64,000 nt of DNA from Neophaeotheca triangularis. Taxonomy: Eukaryota. The position numbers were made by a program, and so were the translations under genes. This document shows positions 37,424 through 48,054 of this stretch, in pieces; positions within the stretch are counted from its first letter, which is position 1; each line of letters opens with the position of its first letter. The stretch lies in NCBI GenBank assembly GCA_054600435.1, contig BAAIJX010000070.1:1-64000 (forward strand). The letters run 5' to 3'. The notes beneath the pieces were generated by a model. That model saw only the letters and a program-made list of their open reading frames with translations. It did not search any database and was not told the DNA's origin.

Positions 37424-39886
37424 TCAACCCTCCCTCCCAACCCCATCATTCGCCTCCCCAGGCACCACCTCAGGCAACCCAGCCAACTCAACCACCCTCT
37501 CAGCCGCCTCAGCAAACCCATCAAAACTCTCCAACCCCAACCCACTCTCCCTAATAACCCTCTGCCCCTCGGCCTCATTAGTCCCCCTTATCCTCACAAC
37601 CACGGGAATCCCCCTCTCGCGCATAACCTCCCCTTGCGTCTTGAAAGCTTCCAAAACCCCCTCGGCAATCATACCGCCATCCGTCAGCCCGCCGAAAATA
37701 TTCACAAAAATGACTCGCACGCGAGCATCGCGGAGGATGAGGGCGAACGAGGTTGCGATTGTGGCTGATGTCGCTTTTCCGCCCGTGTCGAGGAAGTTTG
37801 TGCATATGTTTTTGGTGGGGACGTCTTTGGCGCTGTCGGAGATTGGGGTTTGCGAGAGGATGGGCGTGTCTCTTTGGTCTTCTTGGTCGGTGGGTTGTTG
37901 GTGCGCGGGGAACGTTTTGCGCTGGTAGGTGGTGTTGAGGGCGTCGAGGGTGTTGAGGGCCAGGCCGGCGCCGTTGACTAGAGTTGCTATGCGCGCGTCG
38001 TGGGCTGCGAGGCGGTGGTAGACTATGCCGTGCTGGGCGGCTTCGAGGGCCGTGTCGTCTGCGCGGTGGTTGCCTTTGCGGAGGATTCGGAAGTTGGGGA
38101 GGAGCGGGGGGGATGTTAGGTAGGAGAAGAGCGGGTTGTTTTGCAGGTGCTGTTGGCGGTGTGTGGCGGATGGGTCGTAGTGTTGGAGTAGTGGGTCCGT
38201 GTGGATGTTTAGGGAGGATTCGGGCGCGAAGGGGTGTCTTGCTCTCAGGGCTTCGGATTGCACGAAGTTCGTCCTTTGGTCCACGATGGAGCAGTTGGCG
38301 CCGAGGTTGATGGCTTCTAGGCGCTTGTGGGCGCTTGCGAAACGTCGGAGGATATCTTCGAGCTGTCGTCGTGCGGTTGGGAATTCTTCGAAGATGAGGA
38401 GGCGCTGGCATGCTTTGCGTATGGTTTCGTCTGTCGGGCCGGTTTGCCAGTCGTAAGGGACCTTGATGATAGGGTCGTCCGGAGAGGGAGCTTTGGGTGT
38501 AAGGGAGAGGACGAGAGCGGGTGAGCGTGCCGAGCGGTCGATCGTAACGCCTGCGTAGAAAGCGTCCAGAGGTGGCGCGGATGTAACCAAGTTGGGACCG
38601 GGGTCCCGGCGGAAGTAGGGCTTGAGATTTTCCTGGAAATGTGTGCTCCAGTTGACTCTTTTCTTCGGCGCTCTTGTTGTCTTATCGTGAGTTTCCTCAT
38701 CATGCTGTTCTTCGGACGATGCCTCTTCCCTTTTCTTCATCATTTGCCTCCTTTCTTCCCGAGCCTGTAGTGATTCTATGGACGGAGTTCGTTTGGAACG
38801 AGATTGGCCTAGGGCGTGGAATCCTCGCCGTTGACTGGAAACACGCTCCTGGATCTTGCCAACGTCTCTGCCGGCTTGAGAAAGCAACGTCTTCATCACA
38901 CCTCCAAACTTCTCCGGATGATCTACCATCGTCACCCCAGCATCCTGCAGGATTTCTTGCTTCTGTTGGGCCGTACGTTCTCCAAGCCCGACCCAAGCAC
39001 CCGCATGACCCATCACTTTCCCCCATGGCGCTTGAACCCCCCCAACCAGGGCAGCAATCGGCTTCGGGCTCGCCACCCTCTGTCGATACTCCTTAATCCA
39101 CTCGGCAGCATCTTCCTCCGCAAAACCCCCTATCTCTCCAACAACAATCATGCCCTCAGTCTGCTCATCCTTTTCAAAAACCCTCAACGCATCCACCAAC
39201 GACGTTCCCGCCACCACATCCCCTCCCATCCCAATACAGAGACTTTGCCCCAACCCGGCTCTCGTAACAGACGCCACACTCTCATAACTCAGCGTCCCCG
39301 ACTTGGCCACGATCCCCACATGGCCCGGCGCAAAAACCGGCAGCGGCTGGAATCCAATCCGACATTTCCCGATTGGCGAAATAATCCCCGGGGCATTGGC
39401 ACCTACAAGCCGTGATTTCGACTGCGTTTTGAGTATCGACATCACGCGTAGAATATCGTGGACAGGTATGTGCTCCGCCACAGCGACAATGAGCGGCACC
39501 TCCGCGGCAATGGCTTCCTCAATCGCCGCACCACATTGCTGAGCCGCAACAAAAACGGCAGTGGCATCGGGTTTCAACTCCTGGGCTGCGGTACGAACAT
39601 CGGGGTAAAGAGGCAGACCCAAGTGAGTTCCGGATTTATTGGGGGTCACGCCACCGACGATGTTGGTGCCGTATCCGAGCGAGTCTTTGGCGTTGGTTGT
39701 CGCTACGCGGCCGGTGAAACCTTGATACATGACGCGGGTGCTTTGGTTGATCAGGAGGTTTTGAACTGTTGAGTCGTATTTCTTGAGGTTCGTGGAGTTG
39801 TGGAATGGTCGTCGTGTTGGTCCTTTGGTACGCGATATTCCTGCACCGCGTGGGAACATTGGCCGCGTTGGCCGGGGGGATGGCAT
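37424..39886 (-). CDS. Succinyl-CoA synthetase-like alpha/beta fusion protein (mitochondrial)
   Basis: Alpha-like N-half (QGFTG, VGGVTP, KSGTLSYE, GEIGG, phospho-His MGHAGA) and beta-like C-terminal ligase domain (LVNGAGLA, NFLDTGG, VNIFGG, PVVVRIRGTN). 820 aa. Confidence 0.88.
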   Translation of the reverse strand: MPSPRPTRPMFPRGAGISRTKGPTRRPFHNSTNLKKYDSTVQNLLINQSTRVMYQGFTGRVATTNAKDSLGYGTNIVGGVTPNKSGTHLGLPLYPDVRTAAQELKPDATAVFVAAQQCGAAIEEAIAAEVPLIVAVAEHIPVHDILRVMSILKTQSKSRLVGANAPGIISPIGKCRIGFQPLPVFAPGHVGIVAKSGTLSYESVASVTRAGLGQSLCIGMGGDVVAGTSLVDALRVFEKDEQTEGMIVVGEIGGFAEEDAAEWIKEYRQRVASPKPIAALVGGVQAPWGKVMGHAGAWVGLGERTAQQKQEILQDAGVTMVDHPEKFGGVMKTLLSQAGRDVGKIQERVSSQRRGFHALGQSRSKRTPSIESLQAREERRQMMKKREEASSEEQHDEETHDKTTRAPKKRVNWSTHFQENLKPYFRRDPGPNLVTSAPPLDAFYAGVTIDRSARSPALVLSLTPKAPSPDDPIIKVPYDWQTGPTDETIRKACQRLLIFEEFPTARRQLEDILRRFASAHKRLEAINLGANCSIVDQRTNFVQSEALRARHPFAPESSLNIHTDPLLQHYDPSATHRQQHLQNNPLFSYLTSPPLLPNFRILRKGNHRADDTALEAAQHGIVYHRLAAHDARIATLVNGAGLALNTLDALNTTYQRKTFPAHQQPTDQEDQRDTPILSQTPISDSAKDVPTKNICTNFLDTGGKATSATIATSFALILRDARVRVIFVNIFGGLTDGGMIAEGVLEAFKTQGEVMRERGIPVVVRIRGTNEAEGQRVIRESGLGLESFDGFAEAAERVVELAGLPEVVPGEANDGVGREG

Positions 39887-40337
39887 TGTGACAATGGGTT
39901 ATCGATTCATCGAAGGGCTGGAAGGGGTTTTGGAACGCTGCGTAATGCCGTTTGTCACAGACCAGAGCAGAATATGTACAATCTATAGGGACTTGTCGGT
40001 ACGTTTCTTGGAGAGGTTCGCCATGACCCAGGTATCTAAGTATGGTATGGGTATGTGCCTAGGTGATCTTGGAGTCGCGTCGGGAATAGCTCTCTGCATT
40101 GGCTCTTTCCGAGGTCGGGGTATGTTATTCCCGTTATCGACTATCAAATGCCGAGAACTATGGAGAACCTCACCTCATCTTTCCTAACGGCGGGCATTGG
40201 TGATCAAGCAGACTACACTCGTTCCTCATATATTTTTCTACCCCCAATTCGCTTTAGCTTCTTGGCTATACAGCCCATCCATAATAAGAGAAAATTGTGT
40301 GTACATCTCGTTCTTTGTCCTCGTATAGTCCCCAACA

Positions 40338-40868
40338 ATGGCATCCTCCCGTAATCTCTCCACCTCTCTAAAGAAACTCGACATATCCCAAGACAAGAAG
40401 CCAGCCCCTAGAGCCAAGCAACCCGCAGACTCATGGGAAGACGAAGCCTCCACCTCTTCCGACAGTGACTCCGACACAGAAAACGAGTCCCAACCCCCGT
40501 CAAAGAAGCCTCAGAACGAGGAACCCCCTGGCACCCCTCCTCCCACCCCAGCGTCCCCCTCTTTCAACTCCAACAAATACCAGACCTTCCCTCCCTTTGG
40601 CTTCGATAAGGGACCCGAAAATGAAGAGTCGAATAGTGCTACTCGGAAGGAGGGCGAGTCGAAGAGACCCGAGACCTCCATGGCAGTGGCTTCGAGACTG
40701 ATTGCTGCGGGTTTGGGACAGCGGGCTCCGAAGCGGACCCCGGAGCAGAGGCAGTATGATCAGGCGCTGAGAGCGCAGGAAAGGAAGAAAAGGGAGGCGG
40801 TCAAGGAGGAGGAGGGGAGGAAGAAGAGGGAGAAAGAGAAGGCGCTTAAGGATGTTTGGGAGGACTGA
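40338..40868 (+). CDS. Conserved-looking fungal hypothetical protein (charged, C-terminal coiled coil)
   Basis: 176-aa ORF with DSWEDE, a Pro-rich patch, KRPETSMAVASRLIAAGLG and a K/E/R-rich tail. Confidence 0.7.
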   Translation: MASSRNLSTSLKKLDISQDKKPAPRAKQPADSWEDEASTSSDSDSDTENESQPPSKKPQNEEPPGTPPPTPASPSFNSNKYQTFPPFGFDKGPENEESNSATRKEGESKRPETSMAVASRLIAAGLGQRAPKRTPEQRQYDQALRAQERKKREAVKEEEGRKKREKEKALKDVWED

Positions 40869-42115
40869 GTGGATGTTGTCGGGGTCTTATTGTTCCAGCG
40901 TCGGAGTGCTTAGTGCGGTAGGTCAGGGGCTGTTTGCTAGTGGCTTTTTTGCCGTTGGGACGAAGTGATGAGTTTCGAGGCTTCGGATAGGTCGCAGCAC
41001 GGCCACAGAGTTGCGTTGAAAAGGACAATGGAAGAGTCGGGATCGAGACACTAAAGCCTCTGAAGATACTATCCGAGCCCCGTCTCAAACTCGAGGCTCA
41101 TTACCCGCGTTCAAGGCAGTGCAAAGCAATCACAGAAGCCGATGTTCTCGGGCGCTTCAATCTGCCATTTTCGGACGAAGAACCCCCACGAGGCTGGACG
41201 AATCTGGTTGCCAATTCTCTCGGGCATAGCCGGACAGAATCCCGCAATTCTGCATCTCATGGGCCAAAGACCCTAACAAGACCGGACGGATCACCTCGTT
41301 CGATAAGTCTTCGTTGGCGGTCAGGACGTATGATGTGCGGTATTTTTGGTCTTCAGTGTGTCACGGATTATGGTACCACGTGTGCGGAGCTGTCTTCTTG
41401 CATTGGCACGAGCTCAACATCATGAGAACGAGACTGGTTGTCTTGAGCCACTCAAGACAATATCGTTGCGAACTAAAGTCCCTGTGAGGATGTTGTTTCA
41501 GCAAACCCCTTGCCCGTGCATACGACGTCCGGATCCGGAGGTTATCCTGACACGATGCCTTTAAGCAAAGCCATCAATACTTGGCACTGTTGTCCGAGCA
41601 TCAGCCTACCTTGCCCATGGGATCTTGCTCGAGGCCACTATCCCGTAGCATGTTTCAGTCCCGAGCGAGCAGTACCGTGACGGAACATTAGATCTCGGCC
41701 GTGGTCGGGTCAAGGACCAATTCCGAAGGGAGGTATTGTCTCTCCGCACATGGTACATTGACGCATGTCGCGCTTGCGGGTGTTACATCTACAAGTGCTC
41801 CTGTCGCAGTCATCAAAGGAATCCACCCGGGCGTGGCTGCATTTGGTATCCTCTTTCAAGACAAAGGTCTCAGTTGGACAATGGCGCTCTGTTGTCAACG
41901 CTCTCGTGCAGTTTGCTGTGATAGTGTACGTCGATCTTGTTCGACACCCCTCACGCTACAACGCCGCAGGTCTTATTCAAGTTCAACACCCCTTTTGTCT
42001 TGCCTTTCGACTGCGAGAAAGGCCGCTCTCCACATAGTTCTCTTGCTATGTTCTTTGCATCTTACGGTAAACATGAACTTCCACCCACTGTCGATTGATT
42101 GACTTGGAGGCAAAC

Positions 42116-42303
42116 CCCAGCAGCGTTGATGAGTTGAAGAGCCCCCTGCTGAGGGTCTGGGGTGCGCTGCGCAAAGGACGGACCATCGACCACCAGACCA
42201 GGTTGCCTGCTCGCGAAGGCCGTTATGGACTTTTACCCACTGGCGGCTGCTTGATGTGGAGCTATTCCCAGCAGCGTTGATGAGTTGAAGAGCCCTCTGC
42301 TGA
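42116..42303. repeat. 37-bp direct repeat, two copies, one mismatch
   Basis: CCCAGCAGCGTTGATGAGTTGAAGAGCCC(C/T)CTGCTGA at 42116-42152 and 42267-42303. Confidence 0.85.
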
Positions 42304-42864
42304 AGCCCGGGGGGGTTCAGACTTGGAAAATCGATCCTTGAGCACGCTCGCGCAGGCTTGCGGCAGCGACACCGCTCCAATCATACCTATGGCCGACTCC
42401 TCGCGAGGGTTGCTGTGGTCTGCACTATATATACTAACGCAATGAGCAAAACGTGGGAGCGCGTAGCAGCAAAGGTCTTCAGCCTCTGGCGTCGAGGATG
42501 GGGCCTTTCGGAGCAGCTTCCGACGAAAGTGAAAGCCGGGAGCTACACGCGTTGCATACCCGCCAAGCTTTCCTAACTTGACGCCGCCACCCTCGCCGCT
42601 GTCGTTGCCCGCTTTCTATATACACAACTTTTCAAACTATACTTCGTCTGCTTGCAACGGATATCAAACAATTCAACAAGTACGACCCTACTTCCATAAA
42701 CCTTCTCCGACGGCGCCTGCGACACATACAATATCGCCAGTCTTTCACACGCCCTCACACCTGTTTTCGGCCAACCACCCTGCCTGTCACGCTCTTCGAG
42801 GCTACCCAATTCAGCAACGCGTCTATACAAACTCGCACCTCGACAATCCCACCAACCTCACACC

Positions 42865-44671
42865 ATGGTCTTATCACGGAACGCAGAAGCCAGCTGTGCG
42901 CAAACGCGTCCAGAAGCACCCGAAGAGCCATCGACACTCGTCGGGGACGACCCAAAGGAGATCAGGAGACACATCTTCGGCTGTAACATCTGTCGACCAC
43001 AGTACTTCCGCCCAGGCGTCCACGAGTTTGCCGCCACTACAGCCATCGAGACAATCAGCCTTGCAAGCGTCAGGAAGCAGGTTGAAGCCAAAATCAGTGA
43101 CACTCACAGGCAACTCGAGGACGTTGCCACCGCGCTGGAAAGCAGTGGAGATGATTTGTTGCGGCGGTTCGCGGGAAGCAGCCATCGCAGAGCCTACGAG
43201 CTGGAGTCGATGCTCCGTAGGGTATACCCAGGGATGCCTTCAAAGAAGGACTTCGACGCCCGCGCCCTGCAAGTCGAGTTCTGCAATACCGATTTGGGAA
43301 CGTTGAAGAGGAGACTGCTATTGCCCTACGTGGTGTTGGACGAGTGGGCAGCCGACCCGACCCACTTCATCAAAGTGTTGCATTACCGAACGGCTTATCC
43401 CAGCCATACATGGGCAGCATTCGATCTCATGCAGCTTTTGGACGGGTTTCAAAGCGGGGAGCTTTATGGTGACTGGCATTCGAGCTGCGTCTCCGTTAGC
43501 GGAGACACGTATGGCACCGTTGTGCCCTTCTCCGCCGAAGCCATCCACGCTGGCAAATACCTGGGCTATCCAATAGCGCAGCATCTGTTCGATGCCCAGC
43601 ACGAGCTTGCCGGCCTTCTTTCCGGCATCTGCCGCCATGTGGATGGCAATTCGGGGTGTCAAGCGTGGAACGCAACCCACCTCCAAGTCGCTGAGTTAGA
43701 ACTTGGACAGGCGATGTCTCCAGTAACGGTTCGGGTTGCAACCTTGCCGCCGCCGATGTTTGACGCCTTGATCACCGGCAAGTACGTCAAGACTCGCCTG
43801 GAGCATGCTCGGCATCGAGTCAAAAGCCTGCAAGGCTCGCCGCAGATGCTGGCATCGCTTCTGAAAGGCACACTGAATTCTCCATTGCAGCGTTTGAGGA
43901 TGCTTGCATGTTCGAGGGAATCCCCAAAGCTGCTTGCTATCGAGCAAATCTGTTGGCTGCTCCGGCGACCCAAGCTTTGGCAGCTGGTCGCGAACATGTA
44001 CGACTGCTTGAGTGAAGCCATTCGGCAGGACTTGCATGAAGACGATGATGAGGGCGCAAACGACTACAGTACTTCAGCCCACCCTTCTGGTTTCGCCACT
44101 GGACCCTTACCTCTGCTTCCCCGCCGAGGCGGAAGTTTCTGAAGATCAATTGGCACCCGAGCCTTTGATCACAGCTGCATCGCACGCATCTCTCGTCGAT
44201 GAAGGCAACGATCTGCAGCATTATGATCTTGCAAAGAACGTCGCGCAGAAGAGCGCCACTCCTGCGAACACTGAATTGAAGAAAGAGCGCCTAGGCGCCC
44301 CCATCGTCCTCACTTCCCGCCCTTTGCGCATCGAGGTCGATGCGCGCTCTCTGGAAGTATTTACCTGCTTCATTCCAGGCCGGGGGCAGAAAAAGAAGGC
44401 CCGGGCGCGGAGTGATGTGCGCTTCAAACAATTGCTAAGCGCAATGGTCGACGCTGGATTCAGTGTCCAACAGGGGGAAGGCTCCGCGGTTACCTTTCGG
44501 CGAGCGGCGGTGATAGTTGACGGCCGCGTTACTCAGCCGGCTCTGTGCGGCAGTTTTCACTCTCCCCATCCCGCCGCTTCCTACGTCCGGCAGCAAGTCA
44601 GAACAGTGGGCAAGCTGATGAAGGCATTCTTCCAATGGGACCAGGACACGTTCGTTCTTCGAGAGAAATGA
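42865..44671 (+). pseudogene. Family copy D: internally deleted and split in two frames, HicA-like C-terminal domain intact
   Basis: ORF 42865-44142 matches the N-half of E (RRHI..C..CR, LLPY..L.EW.ADPT, G..YGTVVP, RRPKLW). Overlapping ORF 44012-44671 carries DVRFKQLLSAMVDAG...GEGSAVTF...FHSPHP...FQW. Confidence 0.75.
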
Positions 44672-47600
44672 AGTGGCCTGTGGAGTGGGATGTGAGTAAT
44701 TTGCCATTGCCACGTAAACTGACCGGATACTAACTCGTTGCTGCAGGGGATTTGTGCGAGAGCGTGATGAAAGGAAACGAATTGGCATGGGCTCAGGAGA
44801 CAGTCAAGGCTAGTGATAGTATAGGTGTCCCGATCTTGAATGGCTGGCAGCGTCAGCGGGTTTTGGCTCCCAAATAGGATGGGCGATAGATAGGAGACTG
44901 GTGGCATTATATGGAGAAACACGCGTGGATTCGTCTTCGCTTTCGCGAGAATGCAGTTAGGGAATTGCGAAGCCGGACTAATCTTGTACCAATCGTACAG
45001 CGCTTGACATATCTACTCGACCGCTCCATCAAGATCTTTCCAAGTTGACCCGTCACCCCAGATCGCACTCGAGCGTTGCTATGGCCCCCCATCACAATTT
45101 TCCATGCGATCGCTCCCTGCGCAGCCCTCATTACAAGAACTCTCGTGGTACCATACCGCCGTCCTCGATGTGTGGTGGAGCCATTCTTTTCCACCCGGCC
45201 ACCTGTCCCTTTCGGCCTCAAGCTCTCCGTGGTACAGTCCCGCTGCCTCAGAAGACCTTTGCTCCAAGTCTAGCAATTCTTGTGACACCGTACCAGAGTG
45301 CCGCCTTTTAAATTTCGATTACTGTCGCTAAGAACATCAACAAGGTGGTACCACAGAACTCGAGAGTCCTGATACAATAATGGCCCTCGTGGGCCATCAT
45401 CCATGAACCGCCCCCATCGATTCCAACCTCCCCTCTACCCCCGCTCCTCACGCACTCGGCGCCCAATACCTAGGACGATGGTATCGGGCCGTCTCTCTTC
45501 TGCGTTTACTAACCATAGGCTCTTCTCGTGAGATACTATCTCCCTTGCCATGGATTTTCCTTTGGTCGTCTTCTACGCCTTTGACTATTCGTGAGTTTCT
45601 CTTTTCTACAGTCATCATCCGTCGACGCTATACTGGCTACTAACCGCGGAGATTTGATCTGTTGGTGCAGGCGCAGCTGCCGTGTTTCCTCGTCTAACCC
45701 TCTTAATGTCCCGTTGGCCCCGTGCTTAGAGAAAACAAAGACTCGTTACATAAACTCATCTGCATGGGCACTCTCTTTAGAAAATAAAGATGACAGCATC
45801 GCATAGGCCGTCGCATTTCTTCCTTAGTCCTGTAGAACGTAAGTGCTTTACCCTTTCAACGTACATTGACTTGATGCTAATTGATTGCTATAGTACAGAT
45901 AGATAGTAGGATGAGGTCAAGTAGGCATGAGCTCCGGGGGGTGGTGGGGGGGCCTGACCTAGGTATCGTTATCCCGGTGCTTGAACGGCCAGTTCCAACG
46001 GTAGAATTGACTCGATTGTGGAAGGTCAAGATGTAATAGCCACCAATTACACCTGATCTGATTAAACACAAATGATTTAGCATTTTGATCTGATACTGGT
46101 AACAAGGTCAATTCAGACCGTTAAATCGATCGACTAGGTCTGATAGGTCATGTGACTGATATGTTCGTCAGTGAATGTCTGCCAGCAGGCAAGCCAAACA
46201 CTGACCCTACTTCTGATCGCCGCTTATCGTAGATTGATTATTGGTCGGTCGTCCGCCGGAGATCCGCCGACTCGACCTCTGACTTCGCTTCGTCTCGATG
46301 TCTACATTTACCATCGAGTCGGCTTGAATACTACTACATCACTATAGCACCTTCGAGCACCTCCGCAACATATCACATAATTCTGCACCTAATATGGCTC
46401 CCATTACCTACTGCACGAGCTACACGCATACATACGAGCTTCTAGCACCCTCTAGTGCGTCACCCCAAAGAGGAAGGAGGAAAAAGGGTAATTGAGACTA
46501 TCGAGCATGCAACGGGGCAGTGTAGAGGCCACGTAGGACTTAAAACGAAGTCACTACTTGTAGTACACTAAGGTACTCCAAACTTTGGCCTCTACCCCCT
46601 AGCACTCCACTGATCCTTCATAGATCTTCACTAAAGTTTATCCCTGTATTTGGTGAAGGCTCGGGAAATAAGTTTCCATATCCTAGATCCATGCGAGGGC
46701 TTGATCAATGCCCGGACTTATGACAGCTCAGCCGGATGACAACTCTCGGCCTCTTGTGTTACATTCTCGGGACCCTGCGTTACGAATTGTCTTTTTTGTC
46801 CTCGATTGAGGCCTGGTCGTCGTTGATCGGCTTACACGGAGATTCGACCGAGTACTGGAGGCTGGCATCTCCGAAAGAGCCTGACCCGGACGCCGTACAC
46901 TCCATCGCGTTACCTGACTTGGCCCAGACATTCTGGCGGACCATAAAGTATGATATTGCCTCACGCTTGTCACCTCACCCATGGATAACGAGGACTAGTG
47001 GTCTAGGCCGAGCTGAACCCTGCAAAGCCGATTAAAGCCCTGGGCGTATCGCCTTTGTCGTTCGGATTGCCATGTCTCGTTGACGACCTTCGACGTTGCT
47101 ACTCCCGTGCAAGGGCTTGCTTGTCGTAGCAACATCCAGCAAACATCGTAGGTGCTTGGTCTCGTCTTATGCGCTCCATTCGCGACATCTGAGATGGTGT
47201 GTGTCGTCCTCTTTCCTGCATTTCAGGACCATCATCCCTGAGTGCCCTAACAAGTACAGGACGTTCTTTGCCGTCAAACCTCAGCAGCCGCACGTCAGCT
47301 TGGAGTCTGTTGAAATCTACTCCCTCTCTATGAGATTACATCTGGTGGGCTTATGTCATTCCCCAGGGACTGCCGATGGTTCGACACCACTTGGGTGTGT
47401 TGGGAGCAAAATGGCGACTAGCCCTGTTATACTATTTCGGACGTGTTATAATCAGAGTCCAAAGCTACTGTGGATCTGGGAGTCCCGTGCTCTGGTCCTC
47501 AAGCCAGTCGTGTTCTGCCGTGGTCAAGGCGCGATAATCCCATAAAGGATCAGACAGCTCGCCATCAAAGTGGTCGCGCAGGCCTAGCCAAGTCCCCTGG

Positions 47601-48054
47601 TATGCATGGTGGGCATGTACAGAGCTCTGTGTCGAGTGGGACCATCTTTGTCCGTGACGGCTGATCATAGCTTCGACGCGCTGTGTTTTTACCCGGCAAA
47701 ACGTGGTTTTTGGCGGGGTCTGAGGAAGTTTGATGGGTGAATGAGGTATCCTTGGCGTTCTGGCTCTTGAGCACAGCTGCGCGTCACCCCTAGCCATCGC
47801 AACACAACCACAAGTGCAGAACCGATAAACACTTTTGCAATCGCAGACGATCTACTCACCTTCGGTAATCACACGATTCACATCGATATACTTCCAAAGA
47901 CTATCTTACACCTCGGCACAGCACCTCCCCTTTCCTCCATCGCCATCGCAGGCAGCACAACCTCACGCGCAAAATGTCAACAACAAGCTCGATTACCATG
48001 AAACGGCCTTCGCCTCGGCAATGGTAGGAAGCAACGCCACTGGAGCGAGTCGTC

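Noticed and set aside
42116..42303. CRISPR-like repeat
   Set aside because: Only two copies, a 114-bp gap, eukaryotic context and no cas genes.
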